A DNA stretch of 64,000 nucleotides, taken from positions 15,905 to 79,904 of the forward strand of contig MU626357.1 in the NCBI GenBank assembly GCA_025603075.1, given 5' to 3'. How positions within the stretch are numbered: position 1 is the stretch's first letter; each line of letters opens with the position of its first letter. The translations under genes were made by a program, and so were the position numbers. The notes under the pieces are model-generated. The model did not search any database. It was not told where the DNA came from and was given only the letters and a program-made list of their open reading frames with translations. Shown here piece after piece: positions 50,670 through 62,825 of this stretch. Origin of the DNA: Neoconidiobolus thromboides FSU 785 (Eukaryota; Fungi; Entomophthoromycota).

Positions 50670-52395
50670 CCTTATATTTAATTTTATCACATTAATAAAT
50701 CTTGATAGATTTCTATATTTTACATTGTATTGTTTTTGAATACTTTTCAGGTTTCATCACTTCATAAATTTAATGAATTAATTAGGTCTTGATTTTGTAT
50801 CACCAATAATAAAATATTAAATCAATACGGTTCAATCATTTCAATAACATCTTTAACCACAAACACACAATGTCACAACATCTCTCCTTATTCTTGGTTT
50901 AGTTATGGTAAGTTTGAATTTAGTGTGATTGTATTTTATAGAAATTCAGCGTGTGCAATATTATGATTGCATTTTAACTATAGTGAAATTATAATAGTTG
51001 TAGTTGATAATAATAAAAGCTATTTTTTAAAAACCTTAAAAGGATAAAAACTTATAAATGTTTTGTGTGAAAATAACATGCCAAAATTTCAATATGTAAG
51101 GGCGATGGTATATGAACTAACCTATTTTTTATACTTATACGTTGCCATAAAGGTTAATTAGCGCTGATTGTATAATTCTGACTAGATTCTACTTCAAACT
51201 TTAATCATTTCAATGCTGTTTATGAATATTAATTTTAATAGAATTAGAATGCTTTATAAAATAATTTATAAATAAGTAGAATTTAAAACAATACATTGAA
51301 AATATTAAAATATTCCTTCTTATCGTTTTCTAATATGACTTTACAACATTAACTTCAAACATGCTTTGGTAGTAATTGGAATAAAATAATATGATTTATA
51401 ACTAAAATTTTTATTCAACAACCTTGTGTATTGATAAAGTATAACCATGAAACCTTAATTTAGACAAGTTATGTGATTAATAATTAAATATATAAAATGT
51501 TATACTTAGAAATTTTCTAAAGCAAAAAATAATCAGTTTGATATTGAATATTTGAATTCATCCTTTGATATATCATGAATAATAAAGTGATCTTTTTTTC
51601 TAATCTTGTATAAAAAAATAAACACTATTTAAAAAATTAATCATTCTCTTATAAGTAGAAAATAATTATTCATAAAATCAACGCGTAAATTTTTTTATCA
51701 CAAATCACAAACCATAAAAAATCTCTTTGAGGAATAAGTGTGATATTTTTATTGATTTGAAATTTTCTCCGTTTAAAAATCGAAAATTATGCTAACGGCA
51801 TTTCTACTAGAAAAGTAATATAAATCTTTTCATTTCCTTAGCAGCACTATAGTAATTCTTTGACTAGTTTTACCTTTTTGACCTTTTTAAACATTTTAGT
51901 AAGACTTCTATATATATGTTTTTTTTGATATTATACAGTTTTATCCACGTTGATTTTCTTAATAGTACAACTCCCAAATTATGTATAAACTTATGCTTAA
52001 CTTACAAAGTACAAGGAGTCGTACTTTTAAAAAAATCGGATAGGAGTTGAAACATATTTAACTAATATATGTTCTTGAGTGTGTTACCGCTAAATGCTAA
52101 GTATATAAATATAGGAAAGTAATAGTTTTAATATCATTATCAAATATGAAGTTAATAAATTAAATGACCAAGTTGTTAATAAATTAAATATAAAGTGGCT
52201 GCAATAAAAGACATGGTTAATGATAACTTCATGATAATCACAGTTTAGTAAGTGGAAACAAGGCTGGTATTGGAATAAAGTATAACTTAAAAAGGATTAA
52301 AGTTTTGTTTGTGTTTTGTGTGTGTTTTTCAAAAAATTGCGGTTCATTATCTGTATTGAAAGGCTTTGTTCAAATGTGGCAACTTAATTATATAT

Positions 52396-52493
52396 GGGGA
52401 TGTATTTTTGTATTTAAGAATTTTTCTAACAATTTTTCCACTCAAACAGCGCTTAAACGATGGAAAAAGTAATGAAGCCAAAAAAACATTCCT
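52396..52493 (+). mobile_element. MITE copy 11
   Basis: Near consensus; ATAT flanks with one terminal mismatch. Confidence 0.9.
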
Positions 52494-53409
52494 ATATATT
52501 ATTTTATTGCGTTTTAGCTATAATCGTATTTAAATTTATTCAACTGCTAGCATTAAACATAAAGTTTTGACATGCATATCCATTATGTTAATTGATATTA
52601 ATTTTTATCACTAAAATGGCTATTACTAATGAAAAAGTCCTTATTAAACGACCCCAATAAGGTTAACTGTTATTAGTTTGATCTCTTTTTTAAATTTACT
52701 AACTGATAAAAGCTAACAGTTGTTTAAAATTATTTGAAAAAATGCTCAAAATTGTTACAAAAGTATAGTTATAAAAACGAAAAAATGTCCTAAGTAGATT
52801 GCAAAGTTAAAACAATAATTTTAAATGTCTTTTCAAGAATACTTTTACATAAAGCATTCTATCGTGAAAATAAAAGTAATAATAACTTGTTTTTTTTCCA
52901 AAAAAAGGTGTATTCTATCATAATCTCAGTTTTAATTCGAATAAAGTGAAATATACATTATATTTTATAACAAATATTAATAATAGAATCTTTTGTATTA
53001 AATACTTTGAGTTGCAAACTAGCTTGCATTACAATTATTTAAAATTTCATTAAATCAATTAGCTATATATTATTATGCAAAAGCGATTTGGCATAAACGT
53101 TAAAATGCTTATAATTAGTTCTAGAATTATATTTTGTAAATGATAAATATAATTAAATAATGGTTTTATAGAAATCTTTATTTAATGTTGTTAAAAAAAT
53201 TATTTAAATTAGTTATATTAAGGAAATAGAATTATAAAATTATTCAAGTAAAAATATTAGTTTGAAAATAGTAGCTTATTATTTACATTATGTGAAAAGC
53301 TAAATTTTTTCATAAAATATTAATATTAAAAATATTTACATATATAGTTTAAGATTTGAACTATATAAATTTACAAAAAATCGCTTATCAAAAGCCATCG
53401 AATATTTGT

Positions 53410-54409
53410 CTAAAGACTATAGCGAGATTGGGTATTAGGTTGGGTATTAGATGAATATTGATCTCGAGGTTGATTATAACTCTGCTCAGGAGCTTGAAAA
53501 GGTTGCAACTTGTATTGAGGTTCTTGAGCATTTGGATGTAAATTGGTATAGATTGGATCAAATTTATCTCTACGCTCTTCTAGCCGCTTTTCCAACTCTT
53601 TAATTCGCTCCTCATAATCTTTTACTGTGGTATTAAGATATGTATAAGATTCATAAAGATTTTTATATCTATCCTCTGCTTCAAACCTTCTCTGATAAGA
53701 TTCGCGAACTCTTTCTACTTCATTATGACTGGCTTTGTTAAGATTTAATCTTACCAACTCTTCCCTTAAATGGTTTAGTTCATCTCTATCCTGTTGTCTA
53801 GACCGCTCTAGGCTATCTGCATGTGATTTAAGCCCTGAATTAGATTCTTTCAATGAATTAAGTTCATTTCCCATATTGTTAATAGTTTGTGTAAGATCAA
53901 GTAGTTGTCTCTCAAGGAATTGGTTCCTTTGTTGCATTTCAATTTCTCGGTTTCTTCTTCTAGTACGTGACTTTGCTGAAGCAGTTGCATTTCGGCGTCT
54001 TCTTTCTAATACTTTAGGGTCCATATTCGGATCACTAGTGACCATATTCTCCCCTGGGTTTGGCGACGATAAGCTAGTAGGACCGCTTTTCTGATACCCT
54101 TGAGGTTGTTTCTAATATAAAGAAGCTTTTAATGATAGAAATAATTTATTATAAAGTTTTACTTACGGGAGCATTATATTGTTGAGAATAAATAGGGCGA
54201 CGGGTAATATCTAAATATCCGGGATAAGCGGGGTATTGATGTTGAAAAAGATTCCTATCTTGAGTTAAAGCTGATATACTAGGAATTGCGGCTTGTCCAA
54301 AGCTACCTTGCGAAGTATGTTCCTGTCCAGATGAAGAAGAGTTTCCATATTGCTCTGGTAATATTGGGGGAAGTCTGATCCTTTCTGGATTCCGTCTATC
54401 ATCATCCAT
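53410..54409 (-). CDS. bZIP transcription factor (copy 2), 2 exons
   Basis: Phase-0 intron at 54112-54166; ERRRRNATASAKSRTRRRNREIEMQQRNQFLE plus zipper; N-terminal LPPI and IPSI motifs. Confidence 0.88.
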
Positions 54410-54498
54410 AACTAACTGAGTAATATTTTGATGTCCCTTTTTAAAATAAGTTAAATTATTTAGATGATAAGTATGCTATAAATTAAGCGAAGTGATGG

Positions 54499-54509
54499 AA
54501 TGACGTGAT
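54499..54509. promoter_or_regulatory. CRE/G-box-like AATGACGTGAT (proximal)
   Basis: About 90 bp upstream of the bZIP2 ATG; an identical 11-mer occurs at 55328-55338. Confidence 0.4.
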
Positions 54510-55327
54510 AAGGTAAATTTTGAAAATGAGATAATAATTAAAGGAGTGTTCATTCAATAACTAATTTTTTTGTTTTTGTTAGGGATGAAATAGTTGGATC
54601 ACCATCTTTTAATTGGTGGTTATGTCAGTTGCACAATGTGCTTGGGTTGAAACATCACTTTTTTTACTCAATCAACAGACTAAGTTAAAGCAAAAAGCAT
54701 AGAGAAGTACCATATTTGGAAATTCCTTTACTTTTTATCAATAGGTGATTATTGATAAATTGCTTTAAATTGAAATTTATGTGTATTGTGATTGTGATGT
54801 TAGTTTAGTATTTCATTGTTTGATTTTAATTAAAAGCAAAATGCGGTGATATAACATGAGGAAATACCTTGTATTATGTCAATTTCTTCTAAACTATAAG
54901 TATATCCTCTTAATATGTAATGTAATGATTTACAATGAGATTTAAATAACAAGCTTCTATTATATGATTTTTTATTAGTAATGGTGTACCTAGATTTAAT
55001 CCATCCATAAACAAGTTACTTAAAATTATAAAATTATTTAATACTTTCCCATATGAATGACATCTAACGACATCATATGGTTTTATCCTTTTTTAAAATT
55101 ATTTAATTTATTAAAAATTAAATAAAATTCGTATTATTTTACTTATAGTATACTTTGAAAGTTAAAAAAAACAATTATTATACGAATAACAAGTGAGTTT
55201 TTTATTTAGATATCTTACATAACTAACTTTGGTTATTTAAAATATGTTAAATAATTTAAGTAAACCGGAAATTAATCTAGTTAACCCTTATAATGATTTG
55301 AAAAAATTCAACCCACTTTATTTAATT

Positions 55328-55338
55328 AATGACGTGAT
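55328..55338. promoter_or_regulatory. CRE/G-box-like AATGACGTGAT (distal)
   Basis: Identical to 54499-54509. Confidence 0.35.
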
Positions 55339-55810
55339 TCGATCATTTCACTCCTTATTATTTTGTTTAAAAACCCAACTTTAGCGTTTTTTTATTTTTA
55401 TAAAAAGATCAAAAATGAACAATAAATCACAATGTATTACATTTTTAATCTATTTTTATATTCAATTAGACTACTTGTAACATTCTTTATAAATAATATG
55501 GTCATCACCTTTATTTGTGGTCTTCATTAATAATTTTTTCACTTAATAGTGCTTAAAAATCGACAAATAAAACTAATTGCAGCCTATTTTATACAATTCG
55601 TAAATGGTCATCACTTTAAAGTAATTTTTGGTTATCGTATAATTAAATATGATAAGATATTTAGATTTAGGGATGTCTATTTTAGAAATGTTTGAAGGAA
55701 TAAAGCTTCTAAATGTTTTACTGCTGAGTCCTAGTTTTTTAAATGAAGGTCTGGATGATGAAGGAAGGCGCTTTTAAGCAGAAAAAGAAGGTCCTAAGGT
55801 AAGTGGATTT

Positions 55811-55895
55811 GAGTAAGTCTTTTTTGGTTTCATTTATTTGTCAATTTTTTAAGCGTTATTGAGTCGAAAAATCAGTAAAATTCTAAATAAAATCA
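55811..55895 (-). mobile_element. MITE copy 12 (degenerate)
   Basis: GAG start after ATTT; retains TTTGGTTTCATT...TTAAGCGTTATTGAGT...AGTAAAATTCT; end decayed. Confidence 0.7.
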
Positions 55896-56059
55896 ACTAT
55901 ATTCTCTTTGTTTATATTTATTAATTGCTTTTTATACAAGGGGATAAAGGAATAGTATTCAAATACTAAAGTGTAAGGCATTTGTATTTACTTATAAAGA
56001 TTGAATTCAAAATTTGTTGTGGTATAGTTTTATAATCTTTTTATTTATAATTTTGATAT

Positions 56060-56155
56060 GGGAATATATTTTCTGTTTATGAATTTTACTAACAATTATT
56101 CTACTCAAATAGCACTTGAAAAATAGAGAAAGTGATGAAATCAAAAAAAACACTC
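56060..56155 (+). mobile_element. MITE copy 13
   Basis: Full length; flanks ATAT/AGAT. Confidence 0.85.
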
Positions 56156-56415
56156 AGATGTGTTATTTACTAAACTGTAATGGTAGTCTTTCAAACAAGG
56201 TGAATCCTATAATTATTTTATCATACATATTGAAATTCAATTAATCAATATTGTTCTCTATTTTGCAATTATTTTATTTTCTACGCAAATTATTAGTGGT
56301 AGTTCTCTTATAATAAAAAATCAAAGTTCATAACACAAAGTTTAAATAAATTACCAAATTAATGATAATAACTTTATTTACATTAATAAACATCCAAAAA
56401 AAATACTTTTATAAC

Positions 56416-57780
56416 TTATTTACGTATCATATTACCGTGATCGAAGGTAAGATCATGATCAAACGTAGTATCTAAACTATTGAATTTAAATAAATGGTTT
56501 TGAGACAATGACGGGTTTCTAACAATAGCTAATGCATCAGGATTAGTAGAGCCCATAGGATAGGTATTAACAAAAAGAGGCTCAGTAATAATACTGATTT
56601 TTCCCATCTTTACTTTACTAAGTTGCTTTTGTTTATGTTTTTTATAGTAATAATAAGTAATTAAACCTATTATGACTAATAATATAACTCCACCTATAGA
56701 AAATCCTAAAATCCAAGGTAAAGAGTTACTTTCTCCTTTAGGTTGGTATGTATTGACTAATTTAAGCTGGTTTACATGAATTAATTGAGTGCTATTTGTA
56801 AAATTAGATGAATAACCTAATGAATAAATTAAATAATCATTGTATTTAACTAAACATGGTTTATAGCTAGGTTTGAAATTTTCTAATTCCAATCTATACC
56901 ATTTATATTCCTCTATATTTAGTAAATAACTATCGTCTACTTCTGTAAAGTTACTTCTTCCTGTTGAAAATGCGCCTCCTAACATGATATAATGAGTCTG
57001 ATTTAGATTAACAATTTGATGTCCAACTCTTCCTTTTGGTATATCTCCACTTAATTTGACTTCGTTTAATTGACGTTGGTTGAAATTATAGACATAGGCA
57101 GTATCCATAGGTACTTTTTCATTATTTGGGTAAAATTGACCACCAACAGAAATGATATTATCGTTATTGACAAATGATGCAAAGTCAATAATAGGAGGAA
57201 AAGATTTCAATGTGTCGATATTCCATGTATTCAAATTAGTATTCCATCGAGTAATCAACTTGTTAGCTGAGTTATTTCTCGTTGGGGAATCAATAAACCC
57301 TCCTAATAGAATAGCTTCATTTGCATTGATTTGAACTAAATTTGATAAATACTCAGTAAATTTTAAGTTAGACTGTATATCTTTAGAATTATAATAATTG
57401 GATATAATATCTGCCTGACTATTCTTTTCATCGGTTAACCATTGATTTAAAGAGATATCAAATGTTTTAACGGACTCTATTCCAGGAGTATATAATCCAC
57501 CACGTACATAAATTAAGCTATCTTTGGTAAACAAATTTGGATATACAATTGAAGGCGCTAATTGATCAATATTTTTGAACTTCCACGGTACTGAGTTTAT
57601 ACTAAATTGACTATTTAAATTTAAATTATAAACAATTCGATTAAACCCTGAATCTGGCCATTTTTTAACTCCGCCTAAATAGTATAAGTTGTTATCAACT
57701 ATTTCACAGTTACCTCCATACATGGGCACCAGTATCTGTTGACAGTAATAACTTATTATAAATAAATAAAATAAAATCAT
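56416..57780 (-). CDS. Kelch beta-propeller type-I membrane protein, intronless
   Basis: First ATG at 57780 (the ORF-track start is a GTG); signal peptide; kelch GG repeats (LYYLGG, IYVRGG, ILLGG, ISVGG, IMLGG; PKGRVGHQ); TM LPWILGFSIGGVILLVIIGLITYYYY followed by KKHK. Confidence 0.88.
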   Translation of the reverse strand: MILFYLFIISYYCQQILVPMYGGNCEIVDNNLYYLGGVKKWPDSGFNRIVYNLNLNSQFSINSVPWKFKNIDQLAPSIVYPNLFTKDSLIYVRGGLYTPGIESVKTFDISLNQWLTDEKNSQADIISNYYNSKDIQSNLKFTEYLSNLVQINANEAILLGGFIDSPTRNNSANKLITRWNTNLNTWNIDTLKSFPPIIDFASFVNNDNIISVGGQFYPNNEKVPMDTAYVYNFNQRQLNEVKLSGDIPKGRVGHQIVNLNQTHYIMLGGAFSTGRSNFTEVDDSYLLNIEEYKWYRLELENFKPSYKPCLVKYNDYLIYSLGYSSNFTNSTQLIHVNQLKLVNTYQPKGESNSLPWILGFSIGGVILLVIIGLITYYYYKKHKQKQLSKVKMGKISIITEPLFVNTYPMGSTNPDALAIVRNPSLSQNHLFKFNSLDTTFDHDLTFDHGNMIRK

Positions 57781-58993
57781 TTTAAAAAAAATAAAATCAT
57801 TAAAGGGAATCACTTATAGTTTATAAGGAAAATAGACCTTTTTCTATTTGTATTTATGGGCTTGTTTTTATTCAATCTCATAACTTATTTTTATGGAATA
57901 AATTATAATTAAAGCTTATTGATTTGATTGCTTAAATTTTAGCTAAAAGAACTAGCTAATAAGAATCAGTGCTACTTTGGCTCTGTCTTGCAAAGGGTAA
58001 GTTTACATCAAAAATTCAATGATATTCTATTCTTAACTACGTTGCATAAAATTTAAATCTAAAAAAAGATACACGATCATATTATGCAATTTTTTCAATA
58101 AATAAGCTTACTGTTTTATTTATAATTAAAGTTTGTATTGATAATTTAGCTATTTAAAAATAATTTTTATATAGTTTATCATGGCTTATATTTTTATATG
58201 TATTGAATTTAATATAAGTCTAAAATTAACTGCATAATTAAATAAGTAAATGATTATAACGAAATCAAAGATTCTTTTATTGTTTACGTTTGTCCTCTAC
58301 TCTATTTTTTAATAAATATTTTCTAATGATTTTGTCACATTTAAAATATATAAAGCAAATTTTAAAACTAAATGGAAATTTTAAGTAAAATTCATTTTCA
58401 TTAAAAATTAGCATTCTTGTTCTAGTCTTTACAGATAACTTAATTAAGTAAAAATTGAATTAAGGATCAATTTTTATTTCATACTATAGAATCATTTTAA
58501 TATAACTTTCAAATTCGTAATATTATTTATCCCTTCTGTTTTATCATTTATCTAAACTTTACCATTATGCTATTTATAAATCAAAATTAGATGATAATAA
58601 CGAAAACGGGAAATTATGGGCTTCATCTCCTTTCTACTAATCCTTCTTCTAAATTTTATCGTTTTAATAAACCACTTTAGAGCCCTGTTCTCTCAGGAAT
58701 ATAATAATAATTTTAACGTTACCTGTATAATAATAATATTCTATCCTATTATTTCTATATGATAGCTATACTTTTATCTTTTATCTATTAAAGAGTTATT
58801 GATGTTTACTTATATAATGTTAATTTGTTAATGTATTAACAAATATCGATAGTTGTCAATATTGTAATTGGTAATTCATAAACTTACAGAACACCAAATT
58901 ATTGAAATGAGCACAACTTTTTGTACTTATCCTTTTGACATTTTTATTTTTTAAATGGTAAATTTGAGAAACTTCTAAAAGAATAAAACTTCA

Positions 58994-59360
58994 TTAACTT
59001 TCTGTTGTACTTGGTAATTTTAGTAAAATTTCATCTTTTACCTCAAATAAACCCTGATTTGTATATCATGTTATTTCAGCTAACTAGGAATTCAATACAT
59101 TCTTTTATTTGTAAAAGTACTAAAAGTATGCCAAACTCAATTTTACTTGGGATAGCTTGCGGTGAAAGTTTAGCTATACTTAACGAAGCACCACAACAAA
59201 TAAGCAGCAATATTGCTATTGTGGTTGATATAATTATTACGCGAAAAAAGTAAAAAAGTTTTGGCTTTTTTGAATTATGGTTTCTTAAAGAATAATTCTT
59301 GTTTAGATCTTTATTGCTATAATGATACATGATATTGAAAACAGCTCTAAATACTAACAT
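58994..59360 (-). CDS. Possible small membrane protein, 2 exons
   Basis: 94-codon ORF with a TM-like stretch. A candidate GT-AG intron (gtactttt...aaatcag) gives ...EFGILL|GLFEVKDEILLKLPSTTES*. No family recognised. Confidence 0.4.
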
Positions 59361-59958
59361 ACAGCTGTTACAACTCTTTTGAAATCTAGAAAATTCTTTA
59401 TTTAAGAGAAATAGTTATGTTAAGATTCGTCTAAATTAAGGATCAAGTTATAAAAAAATCGGCTATATAAATAAATTGACTATAAAAATTACCACCAAAA
59501 AGTCCCAAAAGAGCTGTGGCAACTGTAAAAAATAAATCATATTTTACAGCTTTAATTAATAGTCTAACTTAATTGGTTGAGACTAATTCGGAAATAAGCT
59601 TAGCGTCAGATTTAACTCAACACTGTCGGAATATATGAACCCCATTAGAGCGGGCCAATAAACATAATCCAATTTAATAATATAGAAAAGCTGAGATTAG
59701 ATACTACCAATTTTAGCACATTATCAAACCTGGGCTATTAATAAAGACATCATCCCTTAATTAAAAAGTAAATTGAACTTCGGAATTTCAACCGGGTTAA
59801 AATTCAAACATAAAGTGTTCTTAGTATCTTTTTATCTTTTTAACTTAAATCAATTAATCTTTTAATCAAAATTTTAACCAAAGCTAAATAGTTGTATAAC
59901 ATTAAAAGTAACAGAAACTAACAGACTACTGTCGTCTTTATTTATGTATCATTTTTAA

Positions 59959-60916
59959 ATGGGGTCTAATAATAGCAATAAAAAAAGTGAAAAATTACCC
60001 CCAATATTTAGTCCAACTAGTACTACCTCTTATTCCAAAGTTCCAACCACGTCTATCTCTTTACCATCAATTAACTCTTTGATTCCTTCATCTAATAATT
60101 TAGAAAGATCAATTTATTTACAAGATAGTAATCCCACTTTCAATATCAATGGTTTAATTTCAAGAGATAATACCCACTTTCAACAGCCTTCTGCTCAATC
60201 AGTAATTTGTTTTATTCTGTTTTATTAAATACTAATTGAACTATTAGGCAAGATCAAACTCACTCATACCACTTGATGATTCGCATTGGAGAAACAATGC
60301 TCCTTTAATAAAGAAATTGGTCGACTATACACCTCGAACAAGGAGAAAAACAGCGCCTGTGGAAGCCCATCTGAACCTAAGCCCAGATTCAATTGAGAAG
60401 CGAAGAAAGAATGCGGAAGCATCATCTAAGTCACGAGTAAGAAGAAGGATTCGAGAAGTACAACTATTTGAAAGGAATCACGAGCTTGAAACTACAGCTG
60501 ATAAATTACGCGAAGAGAATAGTACGTTACACGAAAACGTAGCTAATTTGATTGAAGAAAACTCTAGGTTAAAATTGGAATTAATTAAATGTCAAAACAG
60601 TAACAACAAAAACAATAATAATAATAATAGTAACAATAATAACAATAGGGATGTCAATAATAGTATCAATCTGATGAGTACCAATTCAATTGCTAGTAGC
60701 TTGTTGTTAGCCAAAAACGCAAATATTACTAGGCTACCACCACATGAATTGAACACCAAAGAAAGCCAAATCCAATATATCTCTATTTTACAAGAACGAT
60801 GTAGTAAACTTGAAGAAGAGTTAAAGCAAACGAATTTTAATAACCAACGATTAAAGGATCACCTAAACAGTATAAGTTCTTGGGTTGAGGACTTGGGTAG
60901 AAAATCAGAAAAATAA
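59959..60916 (+). CDS. bZIP transcription factor (copy 3), 2 exons
   Basis: Phase-0 intron after ...AQS (about 60203-60248); EKRRKNAEASSKSRVRRRIREVQLFERNHELE; N-terminal LPPI and LPSINSL. Confidence 0.88.
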
Positions 60917-62198
60917 GACGAAATATAGAATTAATTAGTATCAAGAATTCTACCACATATTGGTTTTTTTAACTTTTTTAGTTCCATTTATAGCTTTTTA
61001 ATTATTTCTATTAAATTATTTCATTTAGCTCTATTTTGATATTTCTGCTTGATTTTTTTTTGTTTTATTACTTATATTTAATCCCATTCATTAGGTTATT
61101 CATAACATTTATTATTGTTATAAAGGCAATGTTGAGTTATGGTATTATATATTTTACATACACAATAGAAGTAATTTACATAAAATATCAAAACATAAAA
61201 TAAGGTATAAGAAATTATTATTAGAAGCTAAGCTATTACTTATTATTATAGGACCTGAGTTATTTTTCGAGAAAACCTTATTTAGGTGAATATAATAAAT
61301 TGTTTCACTTTGTAATATTAAATATGACGATTGAAGTGGGAAAAAATACAAGCTTTAAACTTGATGAACATTTAACTTTACCAGAATCTTAGAAGTAATT
61401 ATACTATATATATAATACATTGCATATAAAAAACTAGTTTAATAGCAATTGGGCTATTAACGGCTAAATTATAATGATTTTTTAGAAAAGTATACGATCA
61501 AAGTAATGTTTATTTAACACATTGTTATCAGGAAACGTATTGATACTTCTCTTTAAGCAACAGTTGGTATGAATTTTTGTCATACAAAAGGTTTAAACCA
61601 ATCAATATAACCTTTTGAAAGAGTATAAAGTCAAGTTTATTAATTGTTTTTTTTGTATGAATAAAGCTAAGTTGCTGAACATGAAAAAGATCGCTTGATA
61701 ATAATGTGTTAAAAAGTAAAAACAATCAAAGGTCATGAGGGTAAAGAACCATAAAAGGATGAATTAAACATAAGCCAATGTATTATCGGAAATAAAAGTA
61801 GATAGCCCAGAGAACCTTTTAGTAAGAAACTTATTTCTTTTAGATTCCTTTGCTTTAAAAATGAGAGGAAAAATATGTTAGCTAAAGCTGCTTTCTGTTC
61901 AGAAATAAAAATTTAAATTAAAAAAAAATACATTATGATCAAAATCAACCTTACAATATTGATAATAAATAGTTCAACTAACTCTTATTTGATTTAAGCT
62001 TAGATGAACAAACAACAAGTATTGTTCAACTTTATAATAATTATTCTATAAATCTTTTGTAAATAAAGTTAAAATTCACAGTTATAAACCTGAAATAACC
62101 CCAGATTATTGACTTTGTAGCAATTTGGAAGATAATCAAAGTTTATTTTCAATCTTATTTTTATTTTGTTTAAAATATATAATTTGATTAATATATAT

Positions 62199-62290
62199 AA
62201 AAGTATTTTTTTCATTACTTTTTCAATTTTTTAAATGCCATTTGAGCGGAAAGATTGTAGTAAAATTCTTAAACAGAAGAATACATTCCC
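62199..62290 (-). mobile_element. MITE copy 14
   Basis: Consensus match with a decayed left end; ATAT flanks. Confidence 0.8.
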
Positions 62291-62627
62291 ATATATTTAA
62301 ATAGAATTATAATATAAATAATAGGACTTATTAAATATATAATTTCAAAAAAATAATAATTTTAGTTTATATTGTTATAGTATACAATATATAATTCGGT
62401 GTTTAAAACCTGGTTGCTTTATATCAATTATAAAAAATTAAAAGTTATGAAAAAATATCATAATAATTTATTAAAAAATATTTAAAATATAAAGTTATAT
62501 AATAATAATAATAATATAATTAAAAAATGAATATTTGTAGTAAAACATCATTCAACATAGCTAAAAAATAAAAGTATTCTATAACAAAAAGTTAAGAGTA
62601 TAAGTGAAGTTTAAAATTTAACTATAT

Positions 62628-62723
62628 GTGTATGTATTTTTTTGTTTAAGGATTTATTAACAATTTTTCCACTTGAACAGCGCTTAAAAATGGAAAAAGT
62701 GATGAAATCAAAAAAGATTCCCA
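62628..62723 (+). mobile_element. MITE copy 15 (left arm of inverted dimer)
   Basis: GTGTATGTA variant terminus; ATAT flanks. Confidence 0.85.
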
Positions 62724-62727
62724 ATAT

Positions 62728-62825
62728 AGTAATGTTTTTTTTGGTTTTATCACTTTTTCCATTTTTTAAATGCTACATGAATGGAAAGATTATTGTAAAA
62801 TCCTTAAACAAAAAAATACATACAC
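62728..62825 (-). mobile_element. MITE copy 16 (right arm of inverted dimer)
   Basis: Separated from copy 15 by ATAT only; ends TACATACAC. Confidence 0.85.

Noticed and set aside
50870-50980. GT-AG intron-like segment with a hydrophobic frame downstream of PHO89
   Set aside because: There is no in-frame start, the candidate intron is only about 34 bp, and the peptide is too short to support.
55620-55800. GC-richer stretch with short frames beside MITE copy 12, a possible pseudogene remnant
   Set aside because: Frames are at most about 50 codons with no recognisable family.
7283-57334. Antisense or overlapping short ORFs (e.g. 7283-7525, 10267-10461, 26921-27340, 33606-33860, 42314-42517, 49229-49429, 53735-54094, 57152-57334)
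   Set aside because: They are shadows of real CDSs with no recognisable motifs.
58948-59078. In-frame continuation of the 59360 ORF through three TGA codons without TAA/TAG, suggesting TGA=Trp (numt or recoding)
   Set aside because: A simple GT-AG intron model gives a normal C-terminus, the peptide resembles no mitochondrial protein I know, and no other gene here needs TGA recoding.
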